Part shown: positions 20,881-30,459 of the stretch, piece after piece | How positions within the stretch are numbered: the first letter of the stretch is position 1 | Layout of the letters: every line of letters begins with the position of its first letter | NCBI GenBank assembly: GCA_964599455.1 | Contig: CAZREA010000004.1 | Coordinates: forward strand, 1,628-65,627 | DNA from: an uncultured Gammaproteobacteria bacterium | GTDB taxonomy: Bacteria; Patescibacteriota; Patescibacteriia; UBA9934 | DNA: 64,000 nt | Reading direction: 5' to 3' | Notes under the pieces: model-generated | What the model was told of the DNA's origin: nothing | What the model saw: only the letters and a program-made list of their open reading frames with translations | Databases searched by the model: none | Program-made: the position numbers and the translations under genes

Positions 20881-20928
20881 CGGGTGAGTGAAATTGATGT
20901 GTGGGTAGGATTGAAGCAAGATGCGTAA
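20881..20928 (+). pseudogene. Remnant second copy of the ileS 3' end
   Basis: Encodes RVSEIDVWVGLKQDA* vs ileS RVNEIDVWIGWTIM*; 16-bp exact repeat. Confidence 0.7.
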
Positions 20929-20970
20929 AAAAAACATGAGCGCGGCCGATCTCCGAGAGGTCGGCCGCGC
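20927..20970 (-). terminator. GCGGYCGA-type terminator 1
   Basis: GCGCGGCCGA/TCGGCCGCGC stem then TCATG-T-tract on minus strand. Confidence 0.8.
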
Positions 20971-20991
20971 ACGTCGTTGATAGAGGTTGGT

Positions 20992-21576
20992 TCAGATCTC
21001 GTCGGGACGATCGATTCCGAACTTGGCCTGTACGGCCCTGACCCGTTCGGTGAGCTTGATGATCTCCTCTCGGCTGGAGAAGCCGTCGATCGTGAAGTCG
21101 ATGTCCTCTTCCAACAGGAGCTTGAGCATCCTGATCTCGCGCTCGAGCCCGTGGGCCAAGAGCTGTGCCATCGGGTCTTCCGGAGTATTCACCAGGGAGT
21201 CGAGCATGCTCTCAACCTTCTCCTTGTAGGTGAGCGGGACGGAGGACGAGCGCCTGCGTCGTCGCAAGAGTTTGCTCAAGCGGTGCAGCAGGTTCCAGGG
21301 GATGGCGTCCGCCAGGAAGAGGAGAAGCTTCAGCCTGCGGGACTTTGCGTAGGCTACTCCTATCACACCGTGGTTGACCTCGAACAGGCCGACGTCCTCG
21401 TCGTGACTGTTCCAGACGATGTAGATGCCGTCTGGCAGCGCGTCGGTGTCCGCGGTGCTGATGATGACCCCGTTGTGCTGGATATCTACGTTGAAGTTCC
21501 CGTGTTCGCCCCGCCGCCGTACGCGATAGGAGCCAGGGTTCAGGACTCTTCGGCGATCACCTGTTCTCTCGTTCAT
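20992..21576 (-). CDS. Hypothetical protein, LxDGxY paralogue 3
   Basis: GAGGAG SD; shares LxDGxY..VGxFxVxxGV motif with the two upstream genes. Confidence 0.72.
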   Translation of the reverse strand: MNERTGDRRRVLNPGSYRVRRRGEHGNFNVDIQHNGVIISTADTDALPDGIYIVWNSHDEDVGLFEVNHGVIGVAYAKSRRLKLLLFLADAIPWNLLHRLSKLLRRRRRSSSVPLTYKEKVESMLDSLVNTPEDPMAQLLAHGLEREIRMLKLLLEEDIDFTIDGFSSREEIIKLTERVRAVQAKFGIDRPDEI

Positions 21577-21749
21577 GGCACTCTCCTCAATGTACGGGTG
21601 ATTGGTGGTACTTGACGACAGTTCTTTGTCGTCACCTTTTATCTTCCTTTTTGTAAAGAAAGGCAAAAGGTGACGTTGAAGCAACGGAAGATAGTAGAAA
21701 AGACCGGAGATTTTGTAAAGGAGAGAGGAAATCAAGAAGAGGAGTCCCA

Positions 21750-21790
21750 TAAAAACAGTTCGCGGTCGATCCCAAGAGGAATCGACCGCG
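21750..21790 (-). terminator. GCGGYCGA-type terminator 2
   Basis: CGCGGTCGAT/ATCGACCGCG stem then AACTG-TTTTT. Confidence 0.8.
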
Positions 21791-21807
21791 TGAACGAGAG
21801 GTTTCTT

Positions 21808-22269
21808 CTACGAAGGTGCGTGCGCAGACTCGTTGCCGAGCTCGGCCTCATGGTTGGGGGAGCGCAGAAGGGTGTCGAACGGACTTCTGGTGGACAGTGC
21901 GAGCTCCTCGAACACGCCTTGGCCCTCCTCGTCGTCCTCCACCACTCGCAGGGACGGCCGGGGTCTGCCGACCACTTGGAGTGCTGGCCCTTGGCCTTTG
22001 CCACCCTGGATGAGTCGTGGTGGGTAGCTCGACGTCGAGCGCACCTCCTCGTTGCTCTTGGCGTTGCGCGGTACACCTCCGACCACCGCGAACGTCCCGA
22101 CGACCACCTGGTCCAAATAGAGGACCTCGTAATCTCCGTCGAGAAGCGGGCGCGAGCACTGTGTGACCCGCCCACTCCTGTACTCGATCGTGACGCGAGC
22201 GATTCCTTTGCTCTCGTCTCCCCGCGGCCGTACTCTGTAGACTCCTGACTTCTCAGCTTCTGTAGTCAA
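21808..22269 (-). CDS. Hypothetical protein, LxDGxY paralogue 2
   Basis: TTG start with GGAGG SD; shared motif. Confidence 0.7.
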   Translation of the reverse strand: MTTEAEKSGVYRVRPRGDESKGIARVTIEYRSGRVTQCSRPLLDGDYEVLYLDQVVVGTFAVVGGVPRNAKSNEEVRSTSSYPPRLIQGGKGQGPALQVVGRPRPSLRVVEDDEEGQGVFEELALSTRSPFDTLLRSPNHEAELGNESAHAPS

Positions 22270-22375
22270 CTCAGCCTCCGCTTTGCGTTCATTGAACGCG
22301 TCAGGTGAATAGTTATCGTCTTAAGGACGGCGCATCTTACACGCAAAAGATGTTTTTTGTAAAGGTTTTTGGCTA

Positions 22376-22417
22376 TAAAAACATAACGCGGTCGACTCTC
22401 CGAAGAAAGTCGACCGC
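22376..22417 (-). terminator. GCGGYCGA-type terminator 3
   Basis: GCGGTCGACT/AGTCGACCGC stem then GTTATG-TTTTT. Confidence 0.8.
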
Positions 22418-22501
22418 ACGAAGGGTGAGTTGCCTGCAGCGGTCAGGCGTCGCCGACCTCCTTTCTGGGGTGTAGTGAGCGATGGGGGAAGTAGTTGTTG
22501 C

Positions 22502-23221
22502 TCAGTCCGGGGTGGAGTCTTGCTCGACCGGTTCGTCCTCGATCTCGACGGTTGGCTCGGACTCCTGCGAGGCTGCCTCGCTGGTGCTCGAGGTCGGGAA
22601 CTCGGTCGCCTTGAGGGCGTCGAGTCGTCCCAGGAGCGTGTCGAGGTCCTCCGGGCTGCTGAAGCCGGCGGTTTTGAGCACGTCCTGATAGCCCTCGCTC
22701 TGTTTGCGGATCTCTACGGCCAACTCGCGGAACGGAATCATCATCGCCTCGAGCCCCTCCATCGTCCGCGACCAGTCCTGTACCATCTCCTCGATGAGTC
22801 TCGGCTCCAGCTTTTGTATCTTGCCGCAGTGGGGGCAGGACTCGCCTTTCGCCGCCGCCGCGAGCATCTCCAGGGGCATGAGCTTGCGCTCTGCCCACTG
22901 CTTCCAGGAGGATGGTTCACGCTTACCGCCTGCGCTGAAGCGCAGGAACACGACAGGACCACCTGCCAACAGCAGGTCCAAGTCGAGCTCGGCCCTTCTG
23001 TACAGCCGCCTTGCCTGACCGGGCACACCGTTCTGCACGGTGAAGCGGCCGATCTGCGTTCCCTCGTAGAAGATATCGTAGTCCCCATCCGTGAGGGGGG
23101 ACTCGCCAGTGGAGAAGATCTCGGCGGTCTGGCTGTCGATCTCGACCGGAATGATAGCCTCCTGGCCCTGCAGACCGACCATGTAAGCGGAACGGGTGGG
23201 TTGTTGTTGGGGTTCGGACAA
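22502..23221 (-). CDS. Hypothetical protein, LxDGxY paralogue 1 (start uncertain, may extend to 23311)
   Basis: Shared motif; CPHCG; acidic tail; TTG 23221 preceded by GAGAGG. Confidence 0.7.
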   Translation of the reverse strand: MSEPQQQPTRSAYMVGLQGQEAIIPVEIDSQTAEIFSTGESPLTDGDYDIFYEGTQIGRFTVQNGVPGQARRLYRRAELDLDLLLAGGPVVFLRFSAGGKREPSSWKQWAERKLMPLEMLAAAAKGESCPHCGKIQKLEPRLIEEMVQDWSRTMEGLEAMMIPFRELAVEIRKQSEGYQDVLKTAGFSSPEDLDTLLGRLDALKATEFPTSSTSEAASQESEPTVEIEDEPVEQDSTPD

Positions 23222-23429
23222 GGTTGCCTCTCTCAGCCCGTGTGGGCGTTTGGTGATTGGTGCGTGGACAGCTTTTTCTTCGCCGTCACTTTCTGCTTTT
23301 GAAGCATTCAAGTTCAGAAAGTGACGGCGAAAAACTGTTCTTTTTAGCGAAAAATCTCCTTTTTGTCAAACTCCGTCCCAAAACATACAGCAAAAATCAG
23401 CCCATATCGTACAATGAACAAAGAAAACT

Positions 23430-24269
23430 ATGAAAGACATCTCTTCCCATCTCCTGTTGTGTACGACCAACGACCCCGAATCTCTGCTTATTACCAAGAT
23501 TGCTCGGGCGCTTTTTCTCCCGATTCTTTCTTCTGCTCAACAACACGGTGCCCGTCTGAGCCAAGAATCTCATCTTTTTGATCGCGTTCGAGAAATGACA
23601 TCAGAAGCGAAAACGATCGTCATTGTAGAAATTCCTGGTCCCGATGAAGAAGGCATACTGAGAAAGGCGGGATATGAAGTGGTGATTATCGATCATCACA
23701 CCTACCCCAATCTCAATCGCATGCAGCCGCAATCGTCACTTGAACAATTTTTGCATTATTTTGAAATTTCCGACGAGAATTTGCTTGGTGTTGGATTTGA
23801 ACCGTATCTGGTAAAAGGTGTGGGTTGCATTGATCGCGGTTTTTTGTGGGAATTACAAAAAGATGGCTATAGCGATGAAGAGGCGCGACAGATTCGAGAA
23901 TATTACGTTGCACTTGAACGAGAAGTTGATCCGCGGTTTACCGAAGTCATGCAGATTGCGAAGGAGGCGTGGGAGCACAGAGAGTTACACGAAGGTATTT
24001 GGATTATTCGTTCATCGCATCAACAGGTGCATATTCGCAATGCAATTTCATTTTTGTTTGCCGATGCCTTTCCTCACGAAGCACCACCGGCGATTATCGT
24101 TGAGGGTGACGGCAAAATCACATTACAAGATCATGATCGTGCCAAGGAATTCTTTACTGCTTACGGCGGTTATCTTTTTGGAATGGAAACATGTTGGGGC
24201 ATAACGCCAGAGATGGGTGTCGTCCCCACCGTGGACGCTCTTTTGGCCAGACTCAGCGACATACGCTAG
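23430..24269 (+). CDS. Hypothetical protein with DHH motif
   Basis: VIIDHH; 279-aa ORF starting a + strand operon. Confidence 0.65.
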   Translation: MKDISSHLLLCTTNDPESLLITKIARALFLPILSSAQQHGARLSQESHLFDRVREMTSEAKTIVIVEIPGPDEEGILRKAGYEVVIIDHHTYPNLNRMQPQSSLEQFLHYFEISDENLLGVGFEPYLVKGVGCIDRGFLWELQKDGYSDEEARQIREYYVALEREVDPRFTEVMQIAKEAWEHRELHEGIWIIRSSHQQVHIRNAISFLFADAFPHEAPPAIIVEGDGKITLQDHDRAKEFFTAYGGYLFGMETCWGITPEMGVVPTVDALLARLSDIR

Positions 24270-24282
24270 AATTGTCGTAGCT

Positions 24283-25050
24283 ATGCCGACAGATATTCAC
24301 CAGACGTTGTCCAAGCTTGGTCTTACCGATGCTGAGGCGCGCATGTATCTTTCTTTACTGAAATTGGGGACGCAACCCGTACAAAGTATTGCGCGTGAAG
24401 CGCGTGTTTCGCGCACGGCTGCGTATGACGTCATTTCCTCCCTAATTAAAAGAGGACTGGTTGCTTCTACCACGCAAAGTATGAAACGCGTGTTTGTGGC
24501 TGAAGATCCGGAGAAATTGGAATCGTATTTTTTGCAACGCGCCAAAAGTTTTGAAACTGAACTCGAAACTCTGCGCCGCTTGATGCCGGAAATGCGCGTG
24601 CTGCAAGGAGGTCTTGATGCAAAACCGCGGGTGCGCTTTTTGTCGGGAATCGAAGGTTTCAAAGCGTTGTTTCGCGATGTCGAAATGGTCGCACCTAAAG
24701 AGCTTTTAGAAATCTCCAATATCGATACTGTATACAAATATCTCGATCGCGCCATTTTAGAAGAGGCGCGCTCCGTCATTAATTACGAACGAACGAGCGT
24801 GAGGCTGCTACATGCGGGAAAATTGTTGCGCAAATCACCTCACGCGCAGTATCGCACCATGACCGGACCCTTTTTAGATTTTCAGGGAGATGTGTGGATT
24901 TATGCCAATCGTGTAGCGATGTTAAATTATGTTTCGCGCATCGAGGTGGTGTTACTCGATCATCAAGTGTTTGCTGATACCTTACGCGCGCTCTTTTTTA
25001 CGACGTGGCAGCAGAGTGCCGAATCAACCCTTGAACAACAAACTTTGTGA
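24283..25050 (+). CDS. TrmB-family HTH transcriptional regulator
   Basis: LGLTDAEARMYLSLL..IAREARVSRTAAYDVISSLIKRGLV..AEDP. Confidence 0.85.
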   Translation: MPTDIHQTLSKLGLTDAEARMYLSLLKLGTQPVQSIAREARVSRTAAYDVISSLIKRGLVASTTQSMKRVFVAEDPEKLESYFLQRAKSFETELETLRRLMPEMRVLQGGLDAKPRVRFLSGIEGFKALFRDVEMVAPKELLEISNIDTVYKYLDRAILEEARSVINYERTSVRLLHAGKLLRKSPHAQYRTMTGPFLDFQGDVWIYANRVAMLNYVSRIEVVLLDHQVFADTLRALFFTTWQQSAESTLEQQTL

Positions 25051-26066
25051 CGAAGTTTTTTCTTCATTGGCTACAGGATGAAATCATGATCCCGCTCTAT
25101 CAAAAGCGAGCGAGTGATACTTTGGATAGCATGCGCACCATTGGAGAAATTGATGCGTTGTGCGTTATTCCACAAAGCCCACCGCATCATGCGGAAGGCG
25201 GAACGATCTCAGCGCATCTTTTGCGTGCGCTCACTGCTCTTGAAGGCATTGCTGCGGGTGTATCGATATTGTTTGTTGAAGAATTTGTCCGTGAACGACA
25301 ATTGGAAGGTTTCTTTTTGCGCCTGGAAAAAACGATCAAAGAAAATACTCCTCTTTTGCGCGCCTATATTCTTTGTCACGACTTAGGCAAACAAGATACG
25401 GCAACACACGACGGTACTTGCTGGCATTATCCGCAGCATGCCCATGTAGGTGCAGCAGAAGCGTATGCAGCGGTGCGCAGTGAAATATTGTCGCGTTGTG
25501 GTGTGGAGGTTGCGCATGCAAAAATGCTTCGTGAACTCGTTCGTTATCACATGCAAATTATTGCGCGTATCGAAAAAACCGATAATGTGGCTCTTTTGCA
25601 TTTTTTAGAAAACGCCGCGGATCGTCAGGGAATACACACCAAGCGCTTTTTGGCATTACTGCCCGCGTGCCTGTTTCTTGATGCCATTTGCGGCAGTCTT
25701 ACAAAACAAGAGGAGCAAGAATCAGCGCAAACGTCTTTGCTGATCGCCTACGCTAAAGCTGAGCGTGAAGCCTGTCCTTCGCAGGCGATTGAGGATAATT
25801 TGTTGATTACCCGCAAACGCCGAACGCGAGTTCGAGAGATTTTGCGAGGGGAAGGATTGGATTTTGAAGAGATATTTAAACTGTTGCACACACCTTTTGG
25901 TGAAGCGCGCGGTCCGGTAGCTCGAGCGCTTACGCGATATATCAAGAACATTGCTGATGACCAAGACGCGGCAGTGATTGGGATCGAATACGCAGAAATA
26001 ATCGCTGAGCGGGCAGCCGAGGTTCGTCGTCGATTGGAAGAGGAGGGGTTGTTAGGATATGTGTGA
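25047..26066 (+). CDS. HD-domain protein resembling the HD/tail part of tRNA nucleotidyltransferases
   Basis: QSPPHHAEG, CHDLGK, HAHVGA, VRYHM. Confidence 0.7.
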   Translation: MTKFFLHWLQDEIMIPLYQKRASDTLDSMRTIGEIDALCVIPQSPPHHAEGGTISAHLLRALTALEGIAAGVSILFVEEFVRERQLEGFFLRLEKTIKENTPLLRAYILCHDLGKQDTATHDGTCWHYPQHAHVGAAEAYAAVRSEILSRCGVEVAHAKMLRELVRYHMQIIARIEKTDNVALLHFLENAADRQGIHTKRFLALLPACLFLDAICGSLTKQEEQESAQTSLLIAYAKAEREACPSQAIEDNLLITRKRRTRVREILRGEGLDFEEIFKLLHTPFGEARGPVARALTRYIKNIADDQDAAVIGIEYAEIIAERAAEVRRRLEEEGLLGYV

Positions 26067-26487
26067 TTTTCCTATGCTCATTCGCAAAAGCGCCCTCCTC
26101 CTCCTTAATCCCGACTCAACGCAATTTTTAGTTACCCGAAAAAACGACAGCACGGTGACTGACTGGCTGCTGCCCGGCGGGACGATTGAAGAAGGGGAGA
26201 CGTTGATCGACGCGTTAGTGCGAGAAATTTGGGAAGAATTGCAATGCGAAGTCGATAAAACAGGTATTGAATTGATTGGCGAATACGAAGCGCCTGCTGC
26301 CGGTCGTCCGGGGCAAATTGTGCACATTACGCTTTTCCGAGCAACGATTGCTGGTACTCCACGTGCTTCGTCGGAAATTAAAGAATTAGGTTGGCTTTCG
26401 AAAGAAGATGTGACGAATCCCGAGGCAAGTGAAACGATTCGATTGCATCTGATTCCCGATTTGGTGAAACGTGGCATTCTTTTGTAA
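26059..26487 (+). CDS. NUDIX hydrolase
   Basis: PGGTIEEGETLIDALVREIWEEL Nudix box. Confidence 0.9.
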   Translation: MCDFPMLIRKSALLLLNPDSTQFLVTRKNDSTVTDWLLPGGTIEEGETLIDALVREIWEELQCEVDKTGIELIGEYEAPAAGRPGQIVHITLFRATIAGTPRASSEIKELGWLSKEDVTNPEASETIRLHLIPDLVKRGILL

Positions 26488-26500
26488 GATGTAAGGGAGT

Positions 26501-27043
26501 ATGTTTGCATATCTTGAAGGTAGTGTTGCTGTCGTTGAACTTGATGCAGTTATTGTTGATGTTCAGGGTATTGGGTATCGGGTATTTACCGCACGACTTG
26601 ATGTTGCGGTTGGTGAAACGCGGCGATGGCATATTGTGGAGATTATTCGCGAAGATCGACATGATTTGTATGGCTTTCTCTCCACCGACGAAAAAGTACT
26701 TTTTGAAACCCTGATTGGCGTGCAAGGTGTTGGGCCAAAACTCGGCACCAAAATTATGAGTGCCGCTGTGGCTGATGATTTGCGTCGACATATTCTCACG
26801 AGCAACGTTGATTTTTTTGTCGGTATTAGTGGCGTAGGAAAGAAGACCGCGCAGAAAATTATCTTAGATTTGAAAGGTGTGCTCGTTGATCCTGGTGCGG
26901 GCATTGTCCATGATGAAGTCGCTGATGCCTTGGCGGCATTTGGATATACGAAGGATGATATCGCCGCCGTGATTCCACATTTGCGAGAAAAAGATTTGGC
27001 ATTGCGAGTGAAAGAGGCATTGAAAATGTTAGGAAGAAAATAA
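26501..27043 (+). CDS. ruvA: Holliday junction branch migration protein RuvA
   Basis: VQGIGY, LYGF, GVGPK, GVGKKTAQKI. Confidence 0.93.
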   Translation: MFAYLEGSVAVVELDAVIVDVQGIGYRVFTARLDVAVGETRRWHIVEIIREDRHDLYGFLSTDEKVLFETLIGVQGVGPKLGTKIMSAAVADDLRRHILTSNVDFFVGISGVGKKTAQKIILDLKGVLVDPGAGIVHDEVADALAAFGYTKDDIAAVIPHLREKDLALRVKEALKMLGRK

Positions 27044-27055
27044 AAAAAACATCTT

Positions 27056-27997
27056 ATGGACGCCGCATCATGGGATCAACACGTGGCGCAATTTGCCCCG
27101 CCGTTTGGCGCGTTTTTGCAATCATGGGCCTGGGGCGAGGTGCAGATGTTGTTGGGTTTTCCTGTGAAAAAGATTTTTCGAGAAATTGATGGCAAACATA
27201 TTGTTGCACAAGCCATTTGGCAACCGTTGCCGCTTGGCACTTCGTATTGGTTTCTTCCCAAGGGTCCGCTCGGTGATGCGGATTCTCAGGCCATGTTGGC
27301 GGTTTTAAAGGAGGAATTATCCGACGGTGCTTTTATGAAACTTGAACCCACGCATGTTCCTGCTGATGCTCGGTACGCCGATGAACGACATCCCGCGCAC
27401 ACGGTTATTGTTCCGTTACAGGCTGATGCAGAAATGATGCTTGCTGCCATGAAGCCCAAGACCCGTTACAACATTCGTCTTGCGCAAAAGAAAGGTGTGC
27501 AGGTTGAATATGCTGATGCGTCGCAATTGGAGCGGTTTTTGCGTTTGATGCGAGTAACTGCCAAGCGTGATGGCTTTCATTTGCACACTGCAGATCGGTA
27601 TCGTGCGATTGTGGAGAAATTTTCTGGTAATAACTGTCGCGCCTTTCTTGTTTTTGCCACGTATGAAGGGAAAGATCTTGCCGCCAACATGATGATCGAT
27701 GCCTTTGGTACACGAACATATTTGCACGGCGCTTCGTCGAACGAAGACCGCGATGTGATGGCGCCGTATGCATTGCATTTCGCATTAATGCGCGACGCGG
27801 CACAGCGCGGATTGCACGCCTATGATTTTTGGGGCGTTGCGCCCGAAGATGCGGACGCTTCGCATGCCTGGTTGGGCATCACGCGCTTTAAGCTCGGCTT
27901 TGGTGGCGAGCGCATCAGTATGCCGGGAACGTTTGATGTGCCAATTTCCAAAATGAAATACGGCATCTACACCCTTGCACGAAAAGTTCGTCGATAG
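27056..27997 (+). CDS. FemA/FemB/FemX-family peptidoglycan bridge transferase
   Basis: FLQSWAWG, KTRYNIRLAQKKGV, YDFWG, FKLGFGG. Confidence 0.9.
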   Translation: MDAASWDQHVAQFAPPFGAFLQSWAWGEVQMLLGFPVKKIFREIDGKHIVAQAIWQPLPLGTSYWFLPKGPLGDADSQAMLAVLKEELSDGAFMKLEPTHVPADARYADERHPAHTVIVPLQADAEMMLAAMKPKTRYNIRLAQKKGVQVEYADASQLERFLRLMRVTAKRDGFHLHTADRYRAIVEKFSGNNCRAFLVFATYEGKDLAANMMIDAFGTRTYLHGASSNEDRDVMAPYALHFALMRDAAQRGLHAYDFWGVAPEDADASHAWLGITRFKLGFGGERISMPGTFDVPISKMKYGIYTLARKVRR

Positions 27998-28404
27998 AAA
28001 ATAAAAAATCCCGAATCTCGGGATTTTTTATTATGGCTTTTTTGGTCCTCCTCGACGATGTTTTTTCCTGAAGTTGCTGCTAAATCTTTATAAGAAGGCA
28101 CGGGTGCAGATGATGTAGGAAGAATATTTTCAGTATTTACATCACCGTCGCTTGGTTCAACGAATCTATCAATAAAGTCTTCTTGATCAAGCCCATCATA
28201 TAATTTGAATCCTAGTGGAGTAAGTCCGCCCTCAAGAAGGTCTTTTAGCATTGTACGTTTTGTTTGAAGAGTGGCGCTCTGCCATGACACGGGGAATCCT
28301 TCTGTTGCATACTGCCTGGCAACTCTCTCTATACGTTCTTCGTCCATTGTTTTAACTTTACTTGCTAAAGATTCTTTTTCGATTATTCCTCTTGAGATTT
28401 CCAT
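27967..28404 (-). CDS. Hypothetical protein
   Basis: AT-rich ORF convergent with femAB; C-terminus runs through a terminator hairpin. Confidence 0.5.
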   Translation of the reverse strand: MEISRGIIEKESLASKVKTMDEERIERVARQYATEGFPVSWQSATLQTKRTMLKDLLEGGLTPLGFKLYDGLDQEDFIDRFVEPSDGDVNTENILPTSSAPVPSYKDLAATSGKNIVEEDQKSHNKKSRDSGFFIFYRRTFRARV

Positions 28405-28515
28405 AGGGATAATATTTTAAAGCTAGAATAGGAAGAAGTATATCGAAGTAAAGGATCTATTCACAGTGTAAAAAGATTGACGCCCGGCCTCACGAGGAGG
28501 TCGGGCGTCACGGTT

Positions 28516-29781
28516 TTACGCCTTCACTTCCGCCGAGTTGCGGATGGCGGTGGAGCTGATGTCCCACCGCCCTTTGATCTCGACGAACAGATCTTCGTAG
28601 CCTTCCGGGATACCGACGTCCCGCAGCGTTTCGAACCGGTTGCCGTTGGCCCGGCCCGCCACGTAGAACTTCGTTCCGAGCTCCCGGAATCGCTGACAGA
28701 TGTCTGCCGGCGTCAGGTCCTCGGTGCAGAAGTTCGGGTCGAGGAGGCGTCGCAGGGTGTCGACCCCCACCAGGAAGCCGACACTGGGGAAGAGAGCTGC
28801 TTTCTTGAGATAGATGCCCGCTTCCTTCAGCACGATCACGGCCCTACGACCGAAGAAGGTGCTGACTCGTCTGGCCATCTCGTCATCTGGCACCATGCCT
28901 TTGACGGGGTGGTCGGCGTTGAGCTGGCACACGACCTCCATGCCGGTCTGTTCCTCGCAGGCTCGGGCCATGGCTGCGTGGCCGCGATGCCAGTCATTGA
29001 ACGATCCGGCAAAGAGGATGTGTTTTTTGCCGTCGATGTGGTCGAGTCCGTAGCGGCTGCCATCCGGCCAGTAGACCGGCTCGCGGTAGAGCGTGCTCGG
29101 TTCGATTTTCGGTTCGATGATCCTCGGCCTGAGTACACAGCCGCCTTCGGTTCCCGTGATGTTCCCCTCCTCGATGAGGTCATCGTCCAGAGGGATCTGC
29201 GGCAGTCCAGCGGCGAACAGCAGGAGGTTGAGGCCGATGAGATCGACCTGGTCACCCTGTCGGTTGCGGACTTCTGCTCGCTGGCGAAAGGCCTCATCTT
29301 CATCTATCGGCTGGTTATGTAGCTTGTGGGTCTTGAAGAAGCCCACGTGCACGACCAGGAAGAAGTCTGGCAGGCGCAGGGCCACCCAGACCTCGTCGCT
29401 GCCCTTACGATCTTCACGTTTGCCATCCTTCTCGCGCTCGGTGGCCACACTGGCGGTTCCACCGAGACCAGCGGGCGTGCCCGTTCTGCTTTCGGCCTTC
29501 ATGATCTCGATTGATGTCTCGAAGGCTTGCTGAGCCATGGCCATTGCGGTCTCGCGAGCCACGGACTTGGGGACGCGGCGACTCAGGAGGTCGCCGAGGG
29601 CGTGACCGGCGTAAGGCAGGCCGCCGTTCAGGATGAGCCCGCTGCATCCGGGCACCTGCCACAATATCTTCTGCAGCCCTGCGCCCGCGCCGGTCATGTC
29701 GAGGGTCAGGCGCAGCGGGATATTGGTCTTGAGGAGGGCGAGCACGGCCTTGAAGGTGGGGGTTTTGGTGATATGGGGCAC
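28516..29781 (-). CDS. CinA-like domain fused to HxGH cytidylyltransferase-like (NMNAT-like) domain
   Basis: TGAG..VPGCS..LPYA N-domain; FAGSFNDWHRGH, VGVDT, DISSTAIR; GTG start with AGGAG. Confidence 0.78.
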   Translation of the reverse strand: MPHITKTPTFKAVLALLKTNIPLRLTLDMTGAGAGLQKILWQVPGCSGLILNGGLPYAGHALGDLLSRRVPKSVARETAMAMAQQAFETSIEIMKAESRTGTPAGLGGTASVATEREKDGKREDRKGSDEVWVALRLPDFFLVVHVGFFKTHKLHNQPIDEDEAFRQRAEVRNRQGDQVDLIGLNLLLFAAGLPQIPLDDDLIEEGNITGTEGGCVLRPRIIEPKIEPSTLYREPVYWPDGSRYGLDHIDGKKHILFAGSFNDWHRGHAAMARACEEQTGMEVVCQLNADHPVKGMVPDDEMARRVSTFFGRRAVIVLKEAGIYLKKAALFPSVGFLVGVDTLRRLLDPNFCTEDLTPADICQRFRELGTKFYVAGRANGNRFETLRDVGIPEGYEDLFVEIKGRWDISSTAIRNSAEVKA

Positions 29782-30033
29782 GGGAACTCCTGTTGTGATG
29801 TGAGTGTGATATGAGTTATGAACGAAGACTTTTCGAAAAATGCTCGCCGAAGCGAGGAAAGAAGGTAACAAAAAATTGACCAAAAGTCAATTTTCCTCAG
29901 TAATATTGGCAATAAGATTTGTACAAAAGAAAACAGCGCACCCTCAGAGTCGGCAGGAGCGTTTCACCCCGGGGGTGTTGGCTGTTTTCCTGTCGTACTC
30001 GACCCCGCAAGTCGGGGAGGGTGCGCACGTTTG

Positions 30034-30459
30034 TTAATAGAATTTTGGCATGTTGGCGATGAGTGGGAGGCGACCCATCTCCTCTTTGTTCAGTGTCACG
30101 CGCCCGTCGTAACCGTTCATCCAGAAGCGGAAGGAGAGTCCTTGATGGTGTAGTGGCTCGCCCACAATCTCGGTGAACAGATGCCCATATTGCATGAGTG
30201 CGTACACCAGTGCTGCTTCGAGATTGCCGCCGAAGCTGAACAGATTAATGTTCAAGAATCGCAGCAGATCATCTCGTGAAATTCTTTGCGGAAATGGAAT
30301 CTGTGCATCCCCGCAAGTCAGCACGAGTGCGAAGTCGTCGGACTTCATGTCGAGAGGTTCCGCGAATCGAATCCCGACTGTTCCGTGAATGATGAGATTC
30401 CGGTCTTGTTGGACGTTGAGTTTTGGCCTGAGGCCCTTTTTTACGACTCTGTCTTCCAT
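30034..30459 (-). CDS. Hypothetical protein
   Basis: ATG with AGGAG SD; followed by a structured terminator. Confidence 0.6.
   Translation of the reverse strand: MEDRVVKKGLRPKLNVQQDRNLIIHGTVGIRFAEPLDMKSDDFALVLTCGDAQIPFPQRISRDDLLRFLNINLFSFGGNLEAALVYALMQYGHLFTEIVGEPLHHQGLSFRFWMNGYDGRVTLNKEEMGRLPLIANMPKFY

Noticed and set aside
20940-22417. Integron attC sites for the repeated hairpins
   Set aside because: No RYYYAAC/GTTRRRY ends, each is followed by a T-tract typical of terminators, and no intI is present
26501-27043. ruvA without adjacent ruvB
   Set aside because: Unlinked ruv genes are common; ruvB may lie outside the window
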